Shown here in pieces: positions 26,766 through 39,868 of a stretch of 64,000 bases of DNA (the stretch's first letter is position 1; every line of letters begins with the position of its first letter). The stretch is taken from the NCBI GenBank assembly GCA_963693365.1, contig CAVNZM010000007.1, forward strand, positions 5,825,962 through 5,889,961, given 5' to 3'. The position numbers and the translations under genes were made by a program. Source of the DNA: Amoebidium appalachense. Lineage: Eukaryota > Protista > Ichthyosporea. The notes beneath the pieces are model-generated. The model ran no database searches. It was not told the origin of the DNA and saw nothing but the letters and a program-made list of their open reading frames with translations.

Positions 26766-27614
26766 ATGGCCCGCTACAGTGCATCCAGGCCCGCCGGCAC
26801 CCTCCTTCCCGCCGTCCTTGGCCTTGTTTTGGCCGCCACTACAGTTTTTGCTGCACCCACTGCATCCTCATCTCCCTCTGTTCCCTCGGGCGCCACTTGC
26901 CTGCAGCCCAACGTGACCGCACCGGCACAGAACATTGACACGCTCAAAGACATTCTTGGCGACAATGGCCCGGTGGTGTGCCCGGCCCTCAAACACAACG
27001 CCTACGGCCGTGGCGTCGAAGCCATGCTGCCGGCCATCATCGGCGCAGACATCACCTGTGTGGGGGTGGCCACCAACACAGAGGCCCGCGCTGTGCGTGC
27101 CGGCAACTTTACTGGGCGCATCATTCGGCTTCAGCCGGCCACTGGCGGTGAGGTCGAGTCTGCGCTGGGCCTCGGTGTGGACGAGCTTGTGGCCAGCCTG
27201 GAGGGAGCCCAGCAGGTGTCGGCCGCGGCGCAGCAACACAACCGCACCATGGCTGTGCACGTGGGCCTGTCGTCGGGCGGCATGCAGAGGTGGCTGGATG
27301 TGCGGAGCGAGGAGGGCCGGGCCGATGCGCTGGAGATGCTCGAGCTGCCCGGGCTGACCGTGGCCGGCATCATGACGCACTTCCCCACCGAGGACAAGGC
27401 TGCCGTGGTGGGCGGGCTGGCGCGGTTCGTCAAGGACAGCAAGTGGCTCGTGCGGGAGGGCGGCCTGGACCGCAGCGCACTGCTGCTGCACGCTGCGAGC
27501 TCCTACGCCACGCTGGACGTGCCCAGCGCCCGGCTGGATCTGGTGCGGCCTGGCAGTGTCCTGTTTGGCGACAACGTGCTGGCCACCGACGCAGAGCTGT
27601 TTGTGAGAGTGTAG
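26766..27614 (+). CDS. Secreted alanine-racemase-family (Bsr-like) protein, N-terminal domain only, copy 2 (282 aa)
   Basis: Near-identical inverted paralog of 24680-25534, with the same motifs, signal peptide and stop position. A TATA-like CTATATAA lies at ~26623. Confidence 0.88.
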   Translation: MARYSASRPAGTLLPAVLGLVLAATTVFAAPTASSSPSVPSGATCLQPNVTAPAQNIDTLKDILGDNGPVVCPALKHNAYGRGVEAMLPAIIGADITCVGVATNTEARAVRAGNFTGRIIRLQPATGGEVESALGLGVDELVASLEGAQQVSAAAQQHNRTMAVHVGLSSGGMQRWLDVRSEEGRADALEMLELPGLTVAGIMTHFPTEDKAAVVGGLARFVKDSKWLVREGGLDRSALLLHAASSYATLDVPSARLDLVRPGSVLFGDNVLATDAELFVRV

Positions 27615-28100
27615 AATAATACTAGGCAAATTGTTCACACCTTCCAACTTAGTAACGATAGCTAATTTAGTTTTGTTAACAAAAATGTACATGTGCAAAC
27701 ATTTTACTGTCAATATATAATATTGTAAAACTTGGATGAGTTTCATGTACATACATGCTCAGAACCATTTAAGGATAAAGAGAATTGCATGTAGAGCTAT
27801 CTAAAATAATACAGAATCCGAAGGCGGTTTGAAAACGTCGTTTACCTTACAATGGTTAAAAAACCGGCTCTTGCTTTACTGTAGCTGAATTTTGGAAGGA
27901 ATGGGCAAAGGGCAGGAACAGAGTAATGTGTGTGTGGCGTGTTTTTCAAGGTTATAGCCTACGGTCGGACTCCACCGTCTCCTTTATGATCGAGCACACC
28001 TCCGCTCCCACCGCCTTCCCTTCCCACACACATCTAATCCTTCTGCCTGCGCCCCACATCCCCCTTCGCTCCTTCGTTTCACACACCCAAAAAAAACGAG

Positions 28101-28173
<73 letters not shown>

Positions 28174-28397
28174 GGGGGTTTGGGTGGAGAGCGAGAGAAA
28201 ACGAGAAAGGGAGACGCAGGGGGGGGGGGGGGGAGGGGGGGACTTTGGGATTCCGAACGGTCGGAGACAGAAGCAGAATGAAACTTTGGACCCTCCCCCT
28301 TCCCCCCCTCCCCCCCTTCCGGGGGGGAACTAATTTCAACCAGCCCTCAGTTTTCATCTGATGATTTACAGCATACAAGTATTGTTCAACAATTTGT

Positions 28398-28507
<110 letters not shown>

Positions 28508-28704
28508 ACACATAAAGAGACATCAGTGTACACTGACCCAAAAACTACTCAAGTTTCTCGTTCCTCTAGTGCCTTCTATCCATTCGAGTTTTTTTTTGGG
28601 CTAAAACAATTCGCTGCTACTCAGTCTGAATCAGCTCATTATTAACTCCCTCTGCTCTCTGCGCGTGTGTGCGCGGGAGCGCGCGCGCGCACACACACAC
28701 ACAC

Positions 28705-29145
<441 letters not shown>

Positions 29146-31022
29146 TCTATCCGCTTCTCTCCCTCCCTCCATCCCCCTCTTTTGCTTCTCCCCCCTCCCC
29201 CCCCCCCCTTCCCCCCCGCTCCCAAAAAAATAAAACTCTCTATGCGCCCCCCCTCCCCCCCCCCCCCCCCCTCCCCACTTCCCCTCTCCAACACATACAG
29301 ACACACACACCCCCTCTTGCCCACGGATGGCCCAATTACATCAGCGGAATCAACTGGGGGTCTGAGCCAAAAGTTCTGCAAAAAAACGATTATATTTCAA
29401 ATCGCAGAATTATTCTGCACAAGTATTCTTGCGTGCCTCTGACACCTCAGGAGGAGAGAGGGAAAAACAACAAACACAAATAAATCTAAGATCCAAGGCT
29501 AACTTGGTGTATAAGCAACTCAAGCTAAACTGAACAGAGGTGCATAACGAACGGGGGGGGGGGGGGGGGGGGGGGGGGGGAGAAGGAGGCTTGAAGTCTT
29601 TCATTTGTAAGTCTTGTTGTTTTCTTCTTTTTATGTTATGGTGGTGGGCCCCCGGGGGAGGGGGAGGGGGGAGGGGGGGCGGGGCAGGCGGGGAGGGGGG
29701 GGAGGGGGGCGGGGGGGGGGGGGGGGGGGGGAGGGGGAGGGGGGGGGAGGGGGGGGGGGGGGGGGGTAGTATGACAGTGAACTTAGAGTTGTTTCCATCA
29801 ATGAATATATAAATAGCACCAATGCCGAGTACTCACGGTCATAAGGTGTGTTTATTATTTGCCCTTTTACAGCTCCCTCATTCATAGACCAACAAAGCAA
29901 GACCAAAAGGAGAAAAAAAAAAAGAAAAAGAAAAAAAAAAAGCATCCGACCAAATGCATGAATCGGGAAGTTTGGACGTCACGGATCATCTGAGGTGGAG
30001 AGAAGCAAAAGCAAGATGGAAACGGGAAGAAACTCTCGTTTTAAGGGGCGGAGGGGGGTGGGGGGTGGGGGGGGGGAAGGGGGGGGGTTGTGGTGGTGGT
30101 GGGGGGAAGGGGGGGGAGGGGGGGGGGGGGCATAATCAATATTGCGATACTGCTGCATATCTAGGAAGACTCAAGGATATTGCACACAGGTTAGATGCAC
30201 TCCGAAGTCAGCTAGGAGAAACAGTAGAACTCGCGATCACCAGAGTTACGTATGAAATCAAGCACGATAAAATTCTTCAGGTCTTTCACTTTGGCATGTT
30301 GTGTATGGGCCCGGGTAAACCGGGTGTATTTGTCTGGTGGAATGCAGGTTGAGAGCAAACCACGCTCTTGGGGGCATGTTCGTTTAAACTGAGGTCCAGT
30401 GTTGTCACGTGGGTCACAGGGGGGGGAGGGGGGCTGGGTATAAGACCTTTCGAAAGCTCCCCCCCCGCCCCCCCCCCCCTCCCCCGCACCCGGCCCCTCC
30501 CCCCCTCCTCCCCTCCCCACTCCTCCCCCCCTCGTCCCTCCGGATCCATACGCAAATATCATCGGTGTTACCGGTCGACATCGTACCTGGGCCTAATCGT
30601 CGATGATCCCTACGAATCCGTCCGCATATTGCTTTCGCATACCATTAATGGGCCGAAATGCTGGAGGGATACAGAGTCCGTACATTAGAGCATGAGAGAA
30701 TCATGTCGTTTACATAGTGTGTGTGTCTTCGTGGGTGCTTCGTCGTGTAAAGCTTCAGCTTCTTCCTGCCTGGTGGCCGCGCACATGCAGAAACACGTCC
30801 TTTACGTACATGACATAGTGCGTGTGTGTGTGCACGGTTTTTGTGTGTGTGTGCAGGCGTAGGTGTGTGTGAGAGAGTGTGTCCGTGTGTGTGTTTGGCA
30901 ACGCGTGTGTGTGTGTGTTTGTGTGCCTGTACATGTCTGTCTGTCTGTCTGACTGAGAGCGCTAGCGAGTATCTGTGTGTGCGGCGTGTGCGTGTGTGTA
31001 CACTGTGTGTGTGTGTGTGTAC

Positions 31023-31096
<74 letters not shown>

Positions 31097-31098
31097 CC

Positions 31099-31197
<99 letters not shown>

Positions 31198-32381
31198 GTG
31201 CGTGTCTGTGTGCGTGCGTGCGTGTGTGCCCGTGTGCGTGTGTTGCTTTTGGCGGTATGAAGCAAGCACACAAGATCAATAGATAAGAGTTCTCGCGAGA
31301 GTGAGAGAGTTTAGTCTAAAGCTTTTCAGCTCGGCCTGGCCTGGAGGCGCCACGTGCACGGGGTTAGGGAGAGAGATCTAAGGGTCTTGGAGGGGAACAG
31401 ATCTAGAGGGAGCAATGGAGAAAGGGAAGGAGGGAGGGAGGGCCTGAGACGGAGGGATCCGGAGGGAGGTCGGAGGGGCGGAGAGAGGGAGAGAGCGAGG
31501 GAGGGAGGGGGGGACTTAGAAAGGAGGGAGGGAGGGAGGGGAGGTCCGAGGGGGAAGAAGGGAGGGAGGGAGGGAAAGAGTAACGATGGGGACTGAGAGG
31601 GACCAGAGGGAGAGTTAGACTAAAGACTTGCCGTGGTACGTATGTATAAACATGTTTCAGTGACAGGATCGAACCTAAAGTTGGCTGCAAAACATCCACA
31701 GATTCCTAACCATGTGTCAGCACACACGATGGCAATACAAATGTGCTTTCGATGATCTACTCCCCAAGTGAATGCTCCTGTCGCGGCCCCTCAGCAAACT
31801 TTCTGCCGAAAGGGCCTGACCGCTGTGCTGCTGCGCATCTGACCCACACACATTCCTGCGCATCTTAGCCAATCGAAACACATTATTTTATCGGGCCGAT
31901 CCAGATGGCGGTTTGTACATGTAGGGGGAGTCCACGAGTTTCCGAAGTTTTCAAATAAAATTATATTTTTACTTCATCAAGTTCCCAGTACTGTGCAAGG
32001 AGTGATGGGGTAAATATTCGGGGTATGTGTACCCCAAGTTTTCTTGCCAAAATTGTTTTTTAAAAAAAAGGTTTTAAACTAATATTAGTCGTTGAGTATT
32101 TCCTGGCATCTCAGTATTGCAATTTGCCTATATCTTTTTTCAAAAATTCAAATTGCGTCAGCCGAGGTATTGGGTGACAATGCCAGTATATATCGCACGG
32201 ACGCCTCACTGAGGATCAGAATAGATAGCAAGGACTTCAAAGAAAAGGCGAAACGGGTAAGCCCTACGTTGTGTGCTTACTACAGACCCGTCTTAGTTTT
32301 AGCTTTTTAGTACCAGCAAGTTGATTTCAACGGCAAATCAACCGTATCAGTAGCGTTTTGTCAATAATACCAACAGAAAGT

Positions 32382-33676
32382 ATGCATCTTCGCACGTGTT
32401 TTGTGGCCGTTCTTCTCAGCTTTTCGCCTGTCGCTCTTGCGCGACCCAAGAAGGAAGTCAGCACGGAGAAGTTGGCAAGATGGGACAAAACCGCACGCCT
32501 AACAGTCTATGAGGATGAGAACTGCACGCAGATAGTAAATGGAGAGGATGGAAACCCCTACAAGGTAAGAGGACGAAGCGAAGAAGAAGGGTATGACTAC
32601 ATCTAATAGACCTGCAAGTGGCGAGGATTTAGTGTGATAGTCTCGAGCTCGTTGAGATACTCTGAAGGGCATCACACACGCAACTCACACACCTCTGTCT
32701 ACCATGCATGCAAAAAACCGACACGTACTCACGAAAAAGTACTTTGAGTCATAATAAAGCTGCAAAAGAGACGCCGTCCGCCAGGATCATAAGCACGCTG
32801 TGTGCTGGCCCAACAGATCTAGTTCAGCATACGATGAACGGCCGTCATAGCCTTTGATTACTTGCGTTTCAAATCACTTACATACTTAACAGTTTAAGAA
32901 CTGAAGATCGAACTCAGGATTTACTCGGGCTTTCCTGAATACCAAAGTGTAATTACTATGCAAACACCCACGAGCGAGTTCTCACAGATCACAAACACAC
33001 CTTGTGAAACCCCACAGATTGAGTTCCAAGCGCAAGATGACGCTTGCCTCAAGCTACCCAACACCTCTGTTTACGTCAACCCTTTCATCAAGCGCTACGG
33101 TGGGCCTACCCTCCACCTTGCACAAGACGATCAGTGCGAGTATGATGCCGTGGAAAAACATGAGGAATCGTACATGCCGGTCCCATATGGCACGTGTGTA
33201 GGTCCCATACTCGACACCAAGCTCTTCGCTGTTTACACCCACAAAGGTATGTGTGCTGTGCTATTTCAGCCTTTCTGCTTCCCCTACCCACAACTACCCG
33301 CTCATGCACCGACACTCATACACACAAACCTTTGCACACACAAATGCTTAAGACCTAAGGTCTTTAACCCCTCTGCTCCCTATTCCCCCCCCCCCCCCCC
33401 CCCCCCCCCCCTTTCTCCTCCTCCCCCCCCTCCCCCTAGTGCCCTTCCAGCTCTTCTTCCCCGCGTTCAGTTGTATACGTGGGTTTCCATGGCATCTCGG
33501 GCAAAAGAGTAATCTTCAAATTATCCCCCCCCCTCATCCCCCACCCCCTCCCCCTGCCCTCCTCGGTGCATTTTTCTCTTTGTGGAACCCGCCGTATTCA
33601 CAACAGACTAACCCCTGTCTACCTTCTCTCCCAACTATCCATTCGTGCACAAGCAAACAGGCGCGCGCGCACGCAC

Positions 33677-33737
<61 letters not shown>

Positions 33738-33866
33738 TGTGTTAGCTACCACTCATACATTGCCGGGGATGACGTGCTTTCCTACTGCGACAGCGGAGTA
33801 GGAGATTACGCCACTGAAGCTGACGACAAGACAGAGTGTGACCCCAACACCTGGACCTGTCATTAG
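32382..33866 (+). CDS. Small secreted cysteine-rich protein of unknown function (~190 aa, 3 coding exons)
   Basis: Exons 32382-32564 (AAG|GTAAGA), 32988-33246 (CAG| ... AAG|GTATGT) and 33736-33866 join in frame (573 nt). Signal peptide MHLRTCFVAVLLSFSPVALA; 9 Cys in the acidic mature part; ends ...TECDPNTWTCH*. Confidence 0.75.
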
Positions 33867-34783
33867 ATGATGTGATTTTATGTTTTACTTTGCTGCTTCG
33901 TTGTGATTTTTTGTCATAGTATATGGCCTGTATATATGCAGGCGATGGTAGATCCAGAAGGGAGCAAGCATTAAGCAGTGAAAACGCTTAGTATAAAGAA
34001 ACCTGCATGTAAACCTGAGGATTCGAGGAGCTGATTTACTGGCTAGCAAAAGTGTATGTAGTTTATGTAACACACAGAATATTGAGAAATGCAACTTCTG
34101 TACACGTATATACCTGCCCTAGCAGAGCATTACCGAAATGTAACTATCCTTCGAGTGTCGTGTCTTTGGCCATTATATATGTTGAAAGGGTGTGTGTGCG
34201 GTATACATATGCCGTGAACAACGGTCCGTGAGAACATAATTAAACACAAGGATGCATTACTCGAAAAAGGAATGCCAATAAAGTGCCCTTCCGGAAAGCA
34301 ACTGGTTTTCGCTGCCTTCCGCAGATGTGGCCAGTAGCGCCCGTTCGCTAATGATGCGCCCATACACTATTATAGTTTGTACTGTGTCTCCTGCCGTGTA
34401 CAATACAATACGAGAGTTATGGTATGATCCAGCTCTGGATCTGTGCAAGATTTTTTGTAGGATCCAGCAGCTGACCATGGATAGGCCACAGAAAGTGGAT
34501 CATGGTGCCCGCATGTATAACCCTTGCACCACAGTGCAGGACTGCATCTTTTTTGAAGGCTTGCTCGCATGCCCAGGGCAGTTGTGCAAATATCTGTTGT
34601 CAAGTTTTTACAGTTGAGTCAAGTGATACATGTGAGACAAAGTTTCCGGGATATAGAGGCCAGACACATATGCATCACTGTGGCTATGTGATTGACTCGT
34701 GTTTATAATTATGTGCGATGGCGTGTATGATATCTCTTATTGAATTGGTTTATATATTTTGGAATTTCCATTTGACATGAAGA

Positions 34784-34855
34784 GGGGTAATGGTCTAGAG
34801 GTATGATTCCTGTTTTGGGTACAGGAGGTCCCGGGTTCAAACCCCGGTTACCCCC
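34784..34855 (+). tRNA. tRNA-Pro (anticodon UGG)
   Basis: Acceptor stem GGGGTAA/TTACCCC, D-arm TGGTCTAGAGGTATGA, anticodon arm CCTGT-TTTGGGT-ACAGG, T-arm CCGGG-TTCAAAC-CCCGG; followed by T-runs (Pol III terminator). Confidence 0.95.
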
Positions 34856-35295
34856 ATTATTTTATTTTTTTTGATTTTTTTGATTTTTTTGTTCGTGCAT
34901 ACAAACACCATATATTTCTGGCTTACCGGTCGTTCATATGTGCAGCTTGTCATGCTCTGACATAAAGACACCTTATGTTTTCAATATTTTTGTAGAAGAA
35001 CGTTGAGCTCCAAAACCTGTGTGAGTAACTGTGTGCTTTGTGCACGTGTGCACATATACGGTGCCACAGACCCACCTTAATACCGGTCGATATTCGACTC
35101 TTGTACCCCATATATTAGCTAGGGTTGGTGCATACATATTATGATATTTTAAGAAATCTAGCACCTGATGCACTATGATCCGAAAAGATGATAGAGCCAA
35201 TGCTTGGTAATTGTAAAAGGTTTACAATCCCCCTTCCCCCCCCTCCCGGAGTCCCCCCCGGCTCCCCCTCTATTGCCCCCCCCCCTCCCCCCCCT

Positions 35296-35330
<35 letters not shown>

Positions 35331-35554
35331 CCCCCCTCCCCCACCTTTCCCCTCTTCCCCAACCTCCCCCCCCGGCCCCAGTTTCAAACACTAAATCTGG
35401 TCGGCACCGAGGGTGTGGTAGCTAATAGATGAAGGTTCAAGAGGATGATTTTTTAACTTTCAAAAAATGGATGCAATCGAGAAGTTTTCCCACCTGGCCC
35501 AGTTTAATAAAGGCAATCACACATAATAGTTATTATTTTTTTTTAATTTTAAAA

Positions 35555-35587
<33 letters not shown>

Positions 35588-35883
35588 ACCACTCCTCAGC
35601 TGGCTGGGGGAGGGGGGAGGAGGGGAGGGGTCCCGGAGGGATCTGGAGCCCCAGCATCCCCCTCCCTCCCCCCACTCTCAGGGGAGGGGCCACATGATAT
35701 GACTAATGACTAGACTATTAGTAAGTATGTATATTGGATACCAACTTGAAAGTGTGTATATTGGATACCAACTTGAAAACATGATGGCATTTGGCAACTT
35801 CTCTACACCCACTAATTGGTATCAGTGATTGATTATTGGGCCCTGGGTTACTAGTGAGCTACTTATAACTACGTATAGGCTTC

Positions 35884-35924
<41 letters not shown>

Positions 35925-36289
35925 TGCTGGGCCCCCCGAACCACCGCGGGCCTCCCCCCTCTAGATCTGCACCTCTTGAACTCATATCGAGACCGCTGTT
36001 GCTCATGATCACTCACCTTCTCGACTATGTAAACTATCGGTTATCATGACAACAGCGTGCCCACGTATAATCCCCTTACTCCCGTTTGCCCCCCCCCCCC
36101 CTCCTCCCCCCTCCCCCCCCCTCACTCCCCTCCCCCCCCCTCCCCACGGGCCCTCGCCACAATCCCATGGCAGCTTATTTACTATGTGTAAACAACTGTA
36201 CACATGAACTGTACATGTTTACTAAAGAATGTGATCTACTAGCACACAATTCGTTCTTTGTCATGAATATCACATAAATATTATGTCCG

Positions 36290-36540
36290 CACCAATAGGA
36301 ATCAATCTTACCTAAGAAATGAACCATATATGATTCTACCGCTGCATACCACATAAACGAAGTGAACCAATAAGATGTTTGCATAAATAGGACGAAGGTC
36401 TGACTGGCTTGGACCGCACCAGAATCACGAATGGCATGTTGCCACCCGCGCTGGCCGCGGATGAACCAATCCTGGGCCTTGATCCGAAACCTGGGGGCTA
36501 TATAATAAAGCCGTCCCAGTACGGGGATCACATCAGTGAA
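36290..36540 (+). promoter_or_regulatory. Possible Pol II core promoter with no assigned gene
   Basis: Three ACCAAT boxes (~36291, ~36366, ~36465), then TATATAATAAA (~36499) and CAGT initiator-like sites ~20-35 nt downstream. Confidence 0.3.
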
Positions 36541-36884
36541 GTCTGAGACAGACTGAGTCGGCCCATAGTAAAAGCAACCTGGCCGCGTGTGCCTTTCTAC
36601 CCGTTCTCTGTCTTTATTCTGATTCAGTTGTTCTCTGCCTTATCCCAACTAGTTCAACTGTTTACACTATGCTACCCACACGACCTCCCTCATCTCCTTT
36701 TTAACCGCAACTTGCGCGTGTATTTCTCCGTAAAGTCTACCAATTGCATGGTGCACGCAGTCACAAGACTCGAGATCATAGAATCCCCGTAACCGTCACT
36801 GACACCGTGCACGTTGGAATCAGCATGCAGACATGATGATCGGCAATGGACATGTACATGTCAGCGTGAAACAGGCACACACAC

Positions 36885-37375
<491 letters not shown>

Positions 37376-37675
37376 GACACACGGGCGTGCGGGGGTTCGT
37401 GCGTGCGCACACACGTGCACCATAGCACTATGAGTGAACACATTGACAGGAAAAAAACAGAACCGTGACTCGTGCACGTGGGTACGCACGCATGTTTGCA
37501 CACATGCGCACGCAGGTGCACAGGCGAATACAGGCGCGCACTGGCACACTAAATGCACACGCACACTAAACTTAAGGGGCATGCCCAGGCTGCCGCAGGA
37601 TAATATGCTAAGTTTTCGTGACCCAGTGGCACATATAATGACGCATCACGGCGCACACACGTGGCACACTTAAGG

Positions 37676-38107
37676 GCACAACCACATCGGCTGAGTCAAT
37701 TTGCTCCGAGCAGAACTATTCTGCAAAAGCAAGATTATTCTGCTATAAGCAGAGTTATTCTACAAACAGCAGAATTATTCTGCTATAAGCAGAGTTGTTC
37801 TACACACAGCAGAATTATTCTGCCAGAGCAGAGGTATTCTACAAACAGGAACATTATTCTGCTACAAGCAGCCAAAGCAGAATAATTATGTTTTTGCGGC
37901 TTAATTCTGCTAAAACTGATTGCCATTCTGTTAAAAGCAGAATGATTCTGCTCAATTGCAAAGCAGAATAAATCTGTTTTGCAGAATATTTCTGCCTGTT
38001 GCAGAATATTTTTGCTTTTGCAAAATAATTCCGCTATTACAGAATAATTCTGCCTTTTGCAGAATAATTCTGCTGTTTACAAGTCGACCCAGCCGACGTG
38101 GCTGGGC
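37676..38107. mobile_element. Foldback/MITE-like element with imperfect TIRs and an internal array of palindromic GCAGAA(T/A)(T/A)ATTCTGC units
   Basis: The left end gcacaaccacatcggctgagtcaatttg matches the reverse complement of the right end (gcccagccacgtcggctgggtcgacttg) at 22/28 positions. The interior holds many degenerate gcagaattattctgc units. A partial, more degraded copy lies at ~29330-29430. No transposase and no clear TSD. Confidence 0.6.
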
Positions 38108-38741
38108 ACCAACCCTGAGGCCCTCACTTTCTCGATCCAAGTTTTTCTCTCTTACTCCCCGTATCCCTCCCCCCTCCCCCCCCTCCCCCCCCCTCCCCCT
38201 CCCTCCCTACCCCCCTCCCCAGCCCTCTCTCTCACTCTCTATCTGCTCCCCCCCCCCCCCCCCCCCCCCCCCCCACCACCACCACCACCACCACCACACA
38301 CATACACACACTCTGGCGCAAACAATATGAATCATCCATCACCCGGTATGTATACATCTTGTTCAGATCTGCTGGTCGAGCCGAAGGAGAAAGTTGGGTG
38401 GTGGTGGTGGTGGTGGAGAAGGGGGGGGGGGGGGGGGGGATCACCAGATGGGACCTCAATATTTACTACTGCTACCCCACCACTTCCCCTATTTCAAATT
38501 CAAAAAAGCCTAAGGAACCTCGAGCTTGAATTCCGGATTCCCCTGCCTATCGAGAACACTCTGAATGTGCGAACTAAAAAGCTATCGAGGCCTTTGCTAA
38601 TAATAGTGCTCCCGATGACGACCCCATTCCCCCAACCACATCACCGTGACGATCCCCTGCCCCGCAAAACCCTTATTGAGTGACCCGCCCACCCGACCAC
38701 CCCCCTTCCCCCCCCCCCCCCCCCCTCCCCCCCCCACCCCC

Positions 38742-38785
<44 letters not shown>

Positions 38786-38881
38786 CCTTTCCCCTCCCCC
38801 CAATCAAAACCACCACCACGCCACCACCACCAACAACAACAACACCAACCCCCTGAGTCCCCCCCCCCCCCCCCCCCCCCC

Positions 38882-38917
<36 letters not shown>

Positions 38918-39123
38918 CAACAACAACAACAACAACAACAAAAACAAAAAAAAAAAAAAAAAAAAAAAAAAACCCCTCTCCAAATCGATGTCTCCATGCC
39001 TCCAATCCATCATATTGTTAAGTTGATACAAGCAATATTTTGTCACGGAATTCGACCTTAACTCTGAATGGTCTAGGTTCACGTTTAAGCTCAGGATAGC
39101 TCCTAAAAGTTTAAACTCGCACC

Positions 39124-39164
<41 letters not shown>

Positions 39165-39264
39165 AAAAAAAAAAAAGAAGAAGATTGTAGAGGCCACTGA
39201 CGCTGGGCCCGGTTGAGAAGCGGGGGAGTGGGGGGGGTGGGGGTGGGGAGGAAATAAGATAGCG

Positions 39265-39309
<45 letters not shown>

Positions 39310-39587
39310 TGCGACTTTTGTGTGACCAACGTGGTTCAAGAAGGCACATGCCGCACATAAAATTTTCTCTTGAGAAGTTCAACAGAACTTTGCTTGATTT
39401 CCCATATCAGGAATTCGAATCATCGTGTGTACGTGCCACAGGTTAGAGAGTGTGTGAGTTAAGATGCAAGTGTGTCACTTGAAGCATTGCTGAGTTTCGC
39501 CTATGCACCTGTTTTGTACGTGAGTTGTGCATATTATACAGTATATGTGCTCATGTGTGATTTATGTGACAGTATGCCACTGTGTCA

Positions 39588-39668
<81 letters not shown>

Positions 39669-39835
39669 TGCCGTGTGATAGTGTTTGTGTGTGTGTGTGT
39701 GTGTGTGTGCGTGTGTGTGTGTGTGTCTGTATGACAATGCGTGTGTGTCACGTGTGTGTATCATGCAGGTGTGTGTGTGTGTGCACGTGTGTGCACGTTT
39801 GTGCACGTGTGTGTGTGTGCACGTGTGTGTGTGTA

Positions 39836-39868
<33 letters not shown>

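Larger units (their letters stand above)
24430..27840. repeat. Inverted (head-to-head) gene duplication, ~1.1 kb arms with a ~1.2 kb unique spacer
   Basis: The coding sequences are near-identical. Downstream similarity persists but is degraded (e.g. taacgatagcta, atattgtaaaac and atgtagagcta occur in both arms). The upstream regions are not obviously similar. Confidence 0.85.

Noticed and set aside
24419-27752. Long antisense and alternate-frame ORFs over the racemase genes (24419-25558, 24672-25649, 26868-27752)
   Set aside because: Shadow ORFs of GC-rich coding sequence with no recognisable motifs.
29954-30790. Exon-like unique segments at 30130-30400 and 30540-30790
   Set aside because: I could not build a consistent spliced ORF or recognise a domain; possibly non-coding or decayed.
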